Under the pieces are notes generated by a model, which had not been told where the DNA came from, ran no database searches, and saw only the letters and a list, made by a program, of their open reading frames with translations. A DNA stretch of 64,000 bases from Eukaryota sp. GEM-RC1. Its lineage: Eukaryota. The stretch is taken from positions 3,224,001 through 3,288,000 of the forward strand of contig JAUFOQ010000001.1 of NCBI GenBank assembly GCA_040285855.1, read 5' to 3'. Positions 39,413 through 51,243 of this stretch are shown in pieces (the first letter of the stretch is position 1; the number at the start of each line of letters is the position of its first letter). The translations under genes and the position numbers were made by a program.

Positions 39413-41014
39413 AAATTCAAAATTTAGAAACATCTTTAACCAATTCTCAACCAATCTCTATTTTTTACAGAATATTGAAGAAACTGTAAATGACATTGAA
39501 TTTGATATTTGCTCCTTAGTACAATCATTGACAAATTGTAATGTTGTTGATGAAGACGAAGTTTTGAGTGGTCCCTTTGGTGTTCGTCATGATAACTGCT
39601 GTAAAGAAGATCTTTCGGAGGGTTCTTCAGCTGTTTCTTCCAACAACAATGCTTTTGATGTTGAAGTCACTGAACCTACTTCTGTTCATTTTGGATCTAA
39701 CTTTGGTGAAGCTGAAAACGTGGGAACGCGACACCGAACAGTCGTGTCTTCTGGAAATGGTTATAGAAATGGTTATAGAAATAGTAGTTACAGTGGAAAT
39801 GGAAATGGTTATTGGAGAGGTGGTTTTCGTGGTGATAGAAGACGTTGTTCTAGTGGTAGATCACGTCGATTCAAATCCTTACAATTGCTGTAATTCATTA
39901 AATTATTTTGGTCATTGGTTAAAAATGTTTGTTGGACTCTGAACCGCTCTTTTTTGTTGATTGCTCATGTTTCTGCCAAAGCTCTTGCCTCTTTAGTATC
40001 TAACAAGAACTAGAGTATCATTTTTAATTTTAGTATATACTTTTAAAACGTCTAACAATGATCTAGCACATATCCACAATAAAGTTTACAATAAAATTCA
40101 AATTGATCCATTATTGTAAGCATTCGATGTATACGTTTCTGATGATGCTCTAGTATCTTGATTTTATTTTATTTACTACTTTTTGTAAGAATCACCCTTA
40201 TTTAAAATACAATGCAAATGTAACTTAAATTAATTCTTGCAAAAGATTTTGTTTACTGTGTCAGATGCTGTCTCTGATGGAACAGTGAATGAATTGTCGT
40301 CTGAGCCCCCAACTCTAATAACCAAGATTGTAGAGTCTAAAAAAAATAAGGATACTAGTAGCTTAAAAGCAGAAAAGATTGTGAAGAAGAAGTTGTAGTA
40401 TTTTATCTATGTGAGAAACTCATCTACCGTAATTGATTTCTAGGATGTAGAGATTTGTATTTGGTGTTGAGAAACAGATATGCGGATTGGCTAACATATA
40501 CTGTCATGTGCCATCACTGTCATTACAATTCTCAAAATCGTGGCAAACCCAAGTTGCTTGAAACTGAACCAAATACAGCTTTGCACAAAGATCACAGTAG
40601 TAAAATCTGTCGATGCTTGACAAGAATCAAGATAAGACACAATGAAATCGCCTCGTCGAGAATTGGTAATGTTATCATCACTATAACGCTTAAGAAGAGT
40701 TTCAATATGCTCATTAAAACCATGACATTTGTACACTTCGTACGTAACGTCACGAACTGGATTGTGTAAAATCGATCAGAAGTTTAGACTGTGAACTGAA
40801 TAAACTTTTACAACTAACACTGTTTTGTAAATGTTTAGGTACTTCATCTACTACAGGTTCCATCTTTCCTGTGATATCTTTGCAACTAATGTATACAAAA
40901 GTATATTAACTAAAAGAAAACATACAAGAAAAAGACTAGCAGAGTCAAAGAGGATTTATAACAAGTACAGTACAACTCCATTTCGTAAGAAACGAAACAA
41001 TCGAATCACATCAA

Positions 41015-42817
41015 TCAAACACGTTCCACTTTCCATTCATGATTTTGAGCAAAAACTTCCAACCCGAAAACCAAATTACTAGGAATATCAATACTAAAAG
41101 TAGTTGTACAAGTAGAAGGTTTGAAGTAAGCTTTACCATTAGAAAAACTAACAGTAATTGATTCTCCTTTGGTAATTGTAGGGAATCTTGGAATTGAAGG
41201 GGAGAAAGTTCCTTCATGAGAGTACGCTGAAGGAGCAATACAAGGACTCGGAGTAGAATCATCTTGAGGACTACCTCTATCTTTCCAACCAATAAAGTCA
41301 GTACAAAAATCACCATGAAGATCATCTAACCTTGTAAATTTAACAGAACAATTGTCTGAAAGATTAACTTCTACAAAACTATTGGTATTACCAGTGAAAC
41401 CATTCTTTTGACAACACTATTGTTATTTGATAAGGAAAGTTTTGATCCACAAGTAGTAGAATCAAAAGTATCAATAAGAGCTTCAATTCTTCGTTTTTCA
41501 TTTTCCTCTTCTTCTTCTACCTTCTTTTTAAAGAGAAGTAGCGACTCAACTTCATTTTTTAAAACTAGAATCTCCATTTCTAATGCCTTGTTTTGGAACA
41601 GTAACAACTGTTTTTCGTTATTCCATTGTTCTTTTCCTTGTTCAACTCTTCCTTTTGAAGCTCAAAACTACCAACTGAACTGGTAACGATTACATTATTC
41701 TTAATTTTTGAAATAATAGAAATCAACTCATCATCATGTCCTAAAGGAGTAAGAATCAACGACTGTATTTCTGACGCAGTTAACAATGACAAATTAATTG
41801 ACTCAAGACAATCTTTAACGTCATTTGATTGCCAAGAACTTCCTTTCCAGATGACCAGGATTCAATCAGATTTTGAAGGCAAAATATTAAAAAGTCTCGA
41901 TTATTTGAAGATTTCTTAATCATTTCAAGTAATACTTTTGGATTGAGAGAAAGAAGTTGTTGATGAGAGAAGTCTTGAAACTGTGAAATAAGTGGAATAA
42001 TTTCAAATACTTCAGATGAAATTTCACGATTTAGAATGACTAACACTTTCAGAACCCAGTTTAGTGGAATATTTGAAATATTGAAAGTATTTGAAAAATA
42101 ATTGAGCGAAAATTTGACAATTGAAGCATCAAACATTGAATTATCAATGACGGGTTGAATAAGATATTGAAAAATTTCATTACCAGAAACATTCTCAACG
42201 TTCAAGATATTTAAAAAAGAATCAAACTGTTCTATATCGCGATGTTCACCAGATTTATATAAACAATTTAATAGCCAAATAAATTGATTTTTACGTCGAA
42301 ATTGTTTACCAAAAAGCAACAAATATTCAAAACAAAGAGGAAAACTTTCCGGAATGGCGTCAAAATCAGAAGTGAAAAATTGTAACAAAGAATTCAAAAA
42401 ATCTTCGTTATGGTTTCCACATTGTTTAACAAGAAAAAGTATAGACTCTGTAGAATTAGAAAAGTGAGATATTGACTTAAGACAAGAACTCTTGAGATCT
42501 TGTACCTCAAAGTATCTCGCGAGTATGTAGATTTCATAAAGATTCTCAAGAGTGATCTCTACTGGCTGAGCGTAGAAATAGGAGAAGAAGGAGTGAAAAG
42601 AAGAGGCGGAGACGTCGAGATAAGAAAAATCTGCAGAACTCTTATGTTTTGACGAGTCGCAAGTAAACATGTAGCGCAACACATCGGAACTTTGAGCGAG
42701 GACGACGGAATGACACGGGATTTGAAGATCTTTAAAGCTTACGACGAAATCATGTTTCAGTGAAGTTTGGAAGAGCTTGTTGCAGAGAGAAGTAGGGGAG
42801 ATTTGAGTAGATGTCAT
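41015..42817 (-). CDS. BTB - coiled coil - SPRY-like family paralog (several 1-nt frameshifts)
   Basis: MTSTQISP start. Manually rejoined C-terminus FTRLDDLHGDFCTDFIGWKDR...HEWKVERV*. Confidence 0.8.
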
Positions 42818-45090
42818 TGAGAATCTGATGTGAATGGCTGCTAATTAATATAGTAGAGTAAACTCTCTCTAATTGAAACGACTTGGTGAATGCAGTTTCG
42901 TTCCTATTACAGAGAGTTCCTATAAATCTACCCTTAACTTAACATACACATGTGTACTAAGCTTATTAAATCCATAACATCAATTATTTCGTTAGGTATT
43001 GTGTTACTCGGCGACAGGGTTTTTTGTTGCAATATCAAACAGTTTTCAATTACAGCGGTTGCAATTGGAAAGAGTTTACTGTAGTAATAGTGTGTTGTGT
43101 GGTGCTTTAAATCAATTTTTACTTGTCCATCGACTGTCATAGTGCTCGATGTTAGGTAACAGCCTCCCATTCCAGTAATTCGACCCTCCTAGAGTGGTAT
43201 TGTTTTGTTTGTCTTACTGTTTGCGTGCCCAGACCATTTCTTGTGCCCCAAATTGACATGTTTCTGCTATATTTTCTCTTATGCGATCAATCATGGAATC
43301 TCTTCCGTTTGCTATATTGTTGCTATGTATAAGTAAAGTGCATATGTCCACCAGATCTATATTTTAATCTTGAAACAATGCATAATGACTCTGATGAGGC
43401 GATGTAGACATGCTAAACAGAATTCTCCACTCTCATTTAAATCCCATGTTTTCGAAAAATGTCACTCTATACCATCATTCTGAGATAAAGAGTTCTCATT
43501 TAGTAAAGTGGAGAGACCTAAGAATTGCTGTACATGTTCACGTTCTTTGTTCCAAATGTCATCCTGTAGCTTCTCTTTTCTGGGAATCAAAGAGTTCTAA
43601 AGTATATATTGTGTTTACTGATCAGTTTAGAAATTGAAAAGTTGGTTCGTGTTAACATACACTTGTTCTGCACCAGAACCTGCTTTCTTTTGGGAAAAAC
43701 TTCCGGAAGCAGCTGAAATGATTACTTGTTGGCAACCGCATATCGAGAATCCCACTTCTCAAAACATTGAACTTGCATGTGTTAATCCTTATCTGCAATT
43801 TTCAGTCAATGACTCAGACTGTGAACAGTGTAGTCCACAGAAATGTTTTTGGTATTATATGTACTGTAGGTACCAATTGATTCCACCCGTGATGATGTTT
43901 TTTGATGTTAATATAAGCCATGTTGATGATTTTTTTAAGAAGATTTAAATAGTATCCAAAGAAGATGTTCATCCAAAATCTGCACTATTATCATTTGCTT
44001 CTTTATCTACTAATCGTTTACAAATTCAATCTATTAGTTTGGTCCATTTTTGACTGGTCCATTTCATGGCCGTAACACTAATTAAAAGTAATATGAGTTC
44101 AAGTAGAGTTGTTGATTTTTTGCGATTTCTGATTTACGTATGCACCGTTCCATTGATTAGTATTGTTTCAACAGTTGTTTTCATCAAATAATGCTTATGA
44201 TCGTGATCTTGTTCACTCTTTGCCATTCAAAACCATTTTTAACAGTAGATTTGGAGACGACGATCACTCTTTAAAGCTCACAGAAACCTCAGTTTGTTCA
44301 AAATACTGATGATTTGTTTTATTAGACGAAAAGTACATTACCCACAGATGTACTGTAAACACGTACGATACGGCTTAAATGCCATCAGCGCGGTACGTAA
44401 TACGAGGGATAGTCGTTAAGTGTAGACTTTGATAATTTTGTTTGTAAAGATCCACCCGCACAGATTTAACACTTTTCATTGTGCCCGATTGTATCAAACT
44501 TGTTCTGGCATCGTTTTTGAAGTGTTTCTTGGGTCTTTCTGGACAGTTTGAAACTCAACATCACGGTATGCTTGTAGTGATGTGGGTATGAAACCTAAAG
44601 GTGAAAAGAGGAAGGTACATGTAAAAGCTGTTCATTGTTCTGTTGTTGTTCAAAATTAGCTGTACAGTATGTTTATCAAGAAAAAAACGGATTTATGTGC
44701 GGAGACAAACACACAACAGGAAAACAACAAATATATAAAAACTATTAAAACAAATTATCAAACGAACTACCTAATTCCGAAAAGTAGTTGCCTCCAAACA
44801 ACTTGGACAAAATGGAATCAACATATCTATACATCGACCTTAAAATCGAAAAAGCAAACTTACTCTTCCAGTACGATCTGTTAAACTTCTTGCCAAATTC
44901 TAAAGACAAATTTTCAAATAAATTTAAAAACTCCTTGGTAGAAGAACCGAAAATTCCGTACAAAAAAAACTGCAAAAGGCTGAAAGACGATATTATTGTG
45001 TCTGCGTGAATTCAATGCAGCAAGTTGATGTCCGTACGTAGACACTAAAAAAAAAGTTTCATTTCATTTCCCTTCCCTGCTGTTATCATT

Positions 45091-46890
45091 ATGACTTCTA
45101 CCCAAATCTCCCCTGCTTCTCTCTGCAACAACCTCTTCCAAACTTCACTGAAACATGATTTCATCTCTAGCTTCAAGGATCTTCAAATCCCATGCCATTC
45201 CGCCGTCCTCGTTCAGTTCTCTAAATTTTTCCATAATCTGTTCACCCTCAACTTGTCAGACGACCAGGAAACCCAAGATTTCTCTTCTCTCAATGTCTCC
45301 GCCTCTTCTTTTCGCTCCTTCTTCTATTATCTCTACGCTCAGCCAGTAGAGATTACCCTTGAGAATCTTTATGAGTTCTACGTTCTTTCTCGATACTTTA
45401 TGGTTGAAGATCTCAAGACTACTTGTCTTGCATTGTTAACTCACTTTTCAAACTCTACTGATTCTTCACTTTTTCTAGTTAAACAAGCAAGTCAATGTCA
45501 AGATCAAGATTTTTTAAAGCATCTGTTGCCGTTTTTCAATTCTGATTTCCAAACCTTACCCGAAAGTTTTTCTCTTTGTTTTGAATTTTTGTCGCTTTTT
45601 GGTGAAGATTTTGGATTTAAAAATCAAGTTGTTTGGTTATTGAATTGCTTACTGAAATCTATTGACAATCAACAACTTGATGATGAACAGTTCGATTCAT
45701 TTTTAAGTATTTTAAATGTTGAGAATCTTACTGGTCATGACCTATTTCAATATTTGATTCAACCCGTGATTGATAATTCAATTTTTGAGGCTTCAATTGT
45801 CAAATTTTCGTTGAAGTATTTTTCGAATAACTTCAACATTTCAAATATTCCATTGAACTGGGTTCTGAAAGTGTTGGTCATACTCAATCGTGAAAATTCT
45901 TCTGAAGTGTTTGAAATTATTCCACTTATTTCACAATTTCAAGATTTCTCTCATCAACAACTTCTTCCTCTGAATCCAAAAGTATTGCTTGAAATGGTTA
46001 GGAAATCGTCCAATAGTCGAAACTTTTTAATATTTTGCCTCCAAAATCTGATTAAATCCTGGTCATTTGGAAAAGGAAGTTCTTGGCAATCAAATGACGT
46101 CAAAGATTGTCTTGAGCCAATCAATTTGTCGTTTTTAACCGGGTCAGAAATACAATCGTTGATTCTTTCTCCTTTAGGAGATGAAGACGAGTTGGTTTTA
46201 ATTATTTCAAAAATTACGAATAAGGTAATTGTTCCTAGTTTAGTTGATAGTTTTGAACTTCAAAAGGAAGAGTTGAAAAAGGAACTGGAAAATTTAAAGA
46301 ATGAGAATGAGTTGTTATTGTCCAAAAACAATGAATTAGAGGCCGAACATCTGGCTTTAAACAATCAATTTGAGTCGTTTAAACAGAAGGTAGAAGAAGA
46401 AGAGAATGAAAGAAAAAGAATTGAACTCAGTAAGAATTTATTCAACAGTAATAATTGTGGATCAGAACTTTCCTTGTCCAATAACAATACAGTTGTTAAA
46501 AAGAATGGTTACAATGGTGATGCCAATAGTTTTGTAGAAGTTAATAATTCAGACAATTGTTCTGTTAAATTTACAAGGTTATATAATTGTACTTGTGGTA
46601 ATACTGACTATATTGGGTGGAAAGATAGAGGTAGTCTTCAAGATGGTTCTACTCCGAGTCCTCGTATTGCTCCTATAGGATGGTCTCATAGAGGATCTTT
46701 CTCCCCTTCAAATACAGGTTTCCCTACAATTACCAAAGGAGAATCAATTACTGTTAGTTTTTCTAATGGCAAAGCTTACTTCAAACCTTCTACTTGTACA
46801 ACTACTTTAACTATTGATATTCCTAGTAATTTGGTTTTTGGGATGGAAGTTTATGCTCAAAATCATGAGTGGAAAGTGGAACGTGTTTGA
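45091..46890 (+). CDS. BTB - coiled coil - SPRY-like family paralog (intact, 599 aa)
   Basis: Uninterrupted ORF: BTB N-terminus, coiled coil at about aa 390-450, and a beta-rich C-terminus starting [10 protein letters not shown]. The SPRY-like label is inferred. Confidence 0.9.
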   Translation: MTSTQISPASLCNNLFQTSLKHDFISSFKDLQIPCHSAVLVQFSKFFHNLFTLNLSDDQETQDFSSLNVSASSFRSFFYYLYAQPVEITLENLYEFYVLSRYFMVEDLKTTCLALLTHFSNSTDSSLFLVKQASQCQDQDFLKHLLPFFNSDFQTLPESFSLCFEFLSLFGEDFGFKNQVVWLLNCLLKSIDNQQLDDEQFDSFLSILNVENLTGHDLFQYLIQPVIDNSIFEASIVKFSLKYFSNNFNISNIPLNWVLKVLVILNRENSSEVFEIIPLISQFQDFSHQQLLPLNPKVLLEMVRKSSNSRNFLIFCLQNLIKSWSFGKGSSWQSNDVKDCLEPINLSFLTGSEIQSLILSPLGDEDELVLIISKITNKVIVPSLVDSFELQKEELKKELENLKNENELLLSKNNELEAEHLALNNQFESFKQKVEEEENERKRIELSKNLFNSNNCGSELSLSNNNTVVKKNGYNGDANSFVEVNNSDNCSVKFTRLYNCTCGNTDYIGWKDRGSLQDGSTPSPRIAPIGWSHRGSFSPSNTGFPTITKGESITVSFSNGKAYFKPSTCTTTLTIDIPSNLVFGMEVYAQNHEWKVERV

Positions 46891-47459
46891 TTGAATTGAT
46901 TGATTGTTAGTATCAACTGGAGTTGTATCGTTTCTATACTGACATCATTACTTTAATTCTAAAAGTTTAGTTTCTCCTTGCCATCTACTTCCAGAAACCA
47001 TACAAGTGTAGAGCTTGAACGTTCTAATCCCGAACAAAAATTACTGTTGCATTTATATCTTTAGTATTCATCACTTGATCTGTGTTGCGAAGATACATTT
47101 ACCAAATATACGATGACAGTGGTGTTGTATTTCAAGAAGTACAATGTATTGATTAAGAAATCATGATACGTAATCATTACTAGTACAAGATGAAATCATA
47201 ATTAAAACAGAGGTACATAGTCAAAAATCTAATTAGAAAGAAACTACATGTATTTATTAAATATAGTAAACATTGCTCTTAGTAGACGTGAAAAAAAACT
47301 TACATCCAAACCTCGAATGTAGTTTATAAAGGGTTCAGATCTTTGGTCAAGAGAACCATCAACCAATCAAGAATTTTTAAAATATTTAAAATTGTCAAGC
47401 ATCAATCATCAACCCGAAACACAAACTATTCCATAACTCAATCAAATTTGATATATCAA

Positions 47460-49095
47460 TCAACACAAGGCTATTCTAGTTGCCCAATACCTAATCTCTT
47501 GAAGAGCACTTGCATGCTCAGTGTTACGTTGCAAATTCAAGTCAACTTCATCACCTCTAGAGGTTAAGCCACACCCAGCTTTAATAAAAGAGTCATAAAA
47601 CTGTCTAAATACAAAGACGTTTGGCCTTGCTGCAAGTAAAGAAGCTACGATTCTACTGGCTAATTTAGATGCATTGGGGACAATAGAAGGAGATTCAACT
47701 AACTGGATTAAGCATTGAACAACAGAAGGTTTGCAAATGGCGACTTTTGAAGAAATATCGAAATCTGAAAAATAGAAAATAATTGTTAAAATTTGATAAT
47801 GAATTCGTGACACTAAATCAAAATTAACACTTTCAGAATTTCCTTCTACTTGAAAAAGACTATCTTGACTCCAATTTAATACAAATATTATAGAAGGAAT
47901 CAGTACTTTAGAATTAATTATCAATCTATCCTCATTTAAAGGATTTAAACAAAGTCCTAGCAAGGAAGTGCACGCAGAAAGACAAAAGAATAAATTTGGA
48001 TTAGTCATGTAAGATACAAGCGGCGCTATAAACAATGAAAGATCCAATGATTGCTTATCTGGATTGATTGAAGAAAGACTCAAAAAGGGTGACAACGCAG
48101 CAAAGAAGTCAAGAGAAATCAACAACAGCTCATGTTCAGCAGTAGAACTACTTAATATACTACATATAAGCATAGGATAATCATCACTTTCTGCTAATAC
48201 CTTTGCAGTTTCCTCAGTTTGAGCAATGTTTCTAAGAAATACTAAAGCCTTAGTACAAATCTCCAAAGTCCGACGACGTGAAGGGGAAGTAGGAAGAGAA
48301 AAAACTTGGGGGAGGTTACTAGCGATCTTAAGCACGAGAGGTAGAAGGAGAGGATATCTAGCAGGGCAGAAAGAGAAAAGTTTGTCATTAGAAAGGTACA
48401 AGAGGATGGAGAGCCCTTTCTGAATCAGTGACTCAATGTTAGACTCTAGAAACAAACAAAGCTTATGAATAGACGTATCTTCTTCAGAGTAGTTGGCTAG
48501 GTCTACAGAGTCTACCTCAGTGAAGTCGTACTTGAAGAGAGGACGGGATACGATGTCCTCAATGAAGATGTTGAAGGGAAGGACTGGTAAAGGAGCGCTT
48601 TCGAAGGATTGAATTGGGACTGCAGCTGGAGTAGAAGGCATTGGTAGTTCTCTACTTGGGAGTTTGTTCTCAAAGGCTTCTGCTAGAGTTGAACCCCATA
48701 GGTGAACTAGTTCGTATGATAGTAGGAGGTGGCGATAGTGTTTACCTAGGAGATAGCCGGCATTTGTAGAAGTTTCAGGGATTCCGATAACGTCAGCAAC
48801 TTGTCTGAAAGAACGGGTGCCGGCAACAGCTTCTAGACCTCCTCTGAAGGTTACTTCACGGTATAGTTGAAAAGATCAACTTCAGTGTGGCCAATTCTTG
48901 GAATAAAGAGAGCAACACTGCGACTAGCATTGAAAGCCTTTATGTTTTCAAAGAAGTGGTTTCGTTCTTCGTTTAGGACAGAAGCAGGAACAGGAGGAGC
49001 TTGGGGTAGCTGGGTACCACGGATGGGGTAAACTCCAGCAAAAGTAGAAGGGGGATGCATTTACAGGGACATTCTCCTGGAGGATATGCAAACAT
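47460..49095 (-). CDS. ARID-domain protein with ARM-like helical C-terminus (SWI/SNF ARID1/ARID2-like; frameshifted)
   Basis: One T restores PRIGHTEVDLFQLYREVTFRGGLEAV...FRQVADVIGIPETSTNAGYLLGKHYRHLLLSYE, an ARID domain. It continues into the 393 aa Leu-rich ORF. Confidence 0.8.
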
Positions 49096-50205
49096 GGAGT
49101 TTTCTGAAAAGCCACTATACAGTTTTTTTTGGGTGAATATCCCTCCTACTAGTAGTCCCCATTTTACCAATTCTCCCACACACCCAATTCCCACAAATTC
49201 TTTTTACTTATGGGATATACTTTTGGAATGCTTTGGGACTCAAGACTCGACTTAACGAGCATGTCTATCCACGCTTCGGAAGACACCAAAGTGACGGCTG
49301 TTTGGTCCTATCTCTGGATGGGGAGAACCATCTTCTGATGATTCATCAGAGACTCTGATGATGCTTCTGTGAGGATCCTCTTGCGTGAATTTTATTCCCC
49401 TTCCCTTTCCTCTCCCCAACAATTCCCCCATCTCCTCCTCTGTGGTCTGTTGTGTCCTTTTATACATGCCATTATCCTTCCTAAGGTTATCTGAAGTACA
49501 ATCTAGTGCAGAACTTCACTTCCTTCCTATTCAATCGAGGTAGCTTCTTTCTTCCATTAAAGTAAGTTGAATGTATTTCCCATATGTGATTTTAAATTTC
49601 TGAGATAAATATTGTTTATTCGTAATTAGAACCAACCAATGTGTGCTGCAAATAGGGATCATTACCTACCGATATATTTGTCTCGCAAAGGCAGTTGCTC
49701 CTGCAATTTCCAATTGTTTAGTAATATAACCATTCGGTTTTTAAGACTGTATATCATTGGTCTATCGCACAGTAGCAATAATCAGTCATATAGAATGCTT
49801 AAACAGAGGACTGGATGTTGTCACACTTGTTTTCAAGGAAGATCTGATGATGGGGTCTAAGTGTTTCTAAAAGGAAGACGAGTCTTGAGTTTCTGGCAAA
49901 AGACTTCTGATCATTGTGGCCTGAATAGAGACCGGAAGATGCACATCTTAAAAGATAGAATCGTGAATGAAACTAACATGAAGATATTCTGAGAGAGTGA
50001 GGTATAATGACTAAAATTGTTGAGAGGAGGTAGGATAGTTGTACACCGTATCTAGAGAAGGAGACAAAGTTTTGCCATAAATTAACCGAGTTGTAAAGTG
50101 GAAAGTAAACTGTTGACAAACTAACAATCAAGTAGGAAACTGAATCCTGTCGAGAGGAAAGTGACGAGAACGAATCACAATGTCGACAATTGTTATTTCC
50201 TTCCC

Positions 50206-51243
50206 ATGTCTCCTGTCAGTCTTCCCGAAGTAGTTCACGGCCCGGAGTATACACCTTATCCTTGTGGTTCATCCTCTCACAACCATGGTGACACTATATT
50301 TCCCCCGCCTCTTAAGAAGTCTCACCTGTCTTCTGTAGATGACATCCCACTGTATTGCCTTATTGATTTTAAAACGGTCATTACCGATAGTGAACGACTT
50401 ACCCCACTCCTTTTCAATGTTAAGAAGAAATCTCTTCCAAAATGCACTACTACAGAATCTTCAACAGAAATTGTTTCTAAAGAACAAGAGGCTGCTGAAG
50501 TTCCAACAATCAGTGAAGAAATTGAAGTGTCCAGGCCAGAGCTGGTACCAAATGCGGAGGATGATCAAATCATCCTTATTGTCCTCACATTTATTTACAC
50601 CAATTTCGTTTCTACTGTTGTCATCAGTACCAAAAAAACAAGTGATTTTGATGGTGTTCAAACAATTACTTTTCCATCAGAAGAAGTCATGATTAATGGT
50701 CTTATATCTTTACTGTCCGAGAAAAAGCCTAGATTGCTTATAAGTTATAACTCTGAAAAATTATTGTTCCCGTTTTTAATTGCACGATGTAAACTTTTGA
50801 ACATCTCCACTACATTTAATGTGGATGAGCCATTCAGGCCTTTTATTCCCATCTGGTTCTATAGATGGTGTAAGCAAAGCGAATTTGGACCATTTATTTC
50901 CCTTGACATGGCAAATGTTGTAAAGTCAACCTATGTTTTCAAAGGTGGTAGAGGTTTAGAAAATGTTTGCTCCAAATTGTTTCAAAAGGCAATACCTAAT
51001 TTAATTTTATCACCAACTGAATTCAAAACTTACTTCAACCAATTCAAAAAAATCCTAAAAATATCAACGGTTAGCCCTGAACGGGAGAGGGAGTTTACTT
51101 TGCTTGCTCAAAATATTAAAACTTCCAAGTTATGGATGGATGACAGAAAACGCAACTCTCTGGTTGAAGATTTGCTGAACAAAATTAAGATGTTGTCCGA
51201 ATTGAAGAATTATTTTTTGATGAAGAAATTCAGCTTGTTTTAG
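50206..51243 (+). CDS. Inactivated family-B DNA polymerase 3'-5' exonuclease-like domain (probable N-terminus of the Fanzor fusion)
   Basis: LIDFKT (ExoI-like), PNAEDDQIILI, FPSEEVMINGL...PRLLISYNSEKLLFPFLIAR (ExoII-like) and SLDMANVVK...LENVCSKLF follow the PolB exonuclease pattern. Acidic catalytic residues are partly lost. Confidence 0.65.
   Translation: MSPVSLPEVVHGPEYTPYPCGSSSHNHGDTIFPPPLKKSHLSSVDDIPLYCLIDFKTVITDSERLTPLLFNVKKKSLPKCTTTESSTEIVSKEQEAAEVPTISEEIEVSRPELVPNAEDDQIILIVLTFIYTNFVSTVVISTKKTSDFDGVQTITFPSEEVMINGLISLLSEKKPRLLISYNSEKLLFPFLIARCKLLNISTTFNVDEPFRPFIPIWFYRWCKQSEFGPFISLDMANVVKSTYVFKGGRGLENVCSKLFQKAIPNLILSPTEFKTYFNQFKKILKISTVSPEREREFTLLAQNIKTSKLWMDDRKRNSLVEDLLNKIKMLSELKNYFLMKKFSLF

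Noticed and set aside
39528..39942. Gly/Arg/Asn-rich ORF as a retrotransposon gag
   Set aside because: No intact CCHC knuckle, and no pol or LTR nearby.
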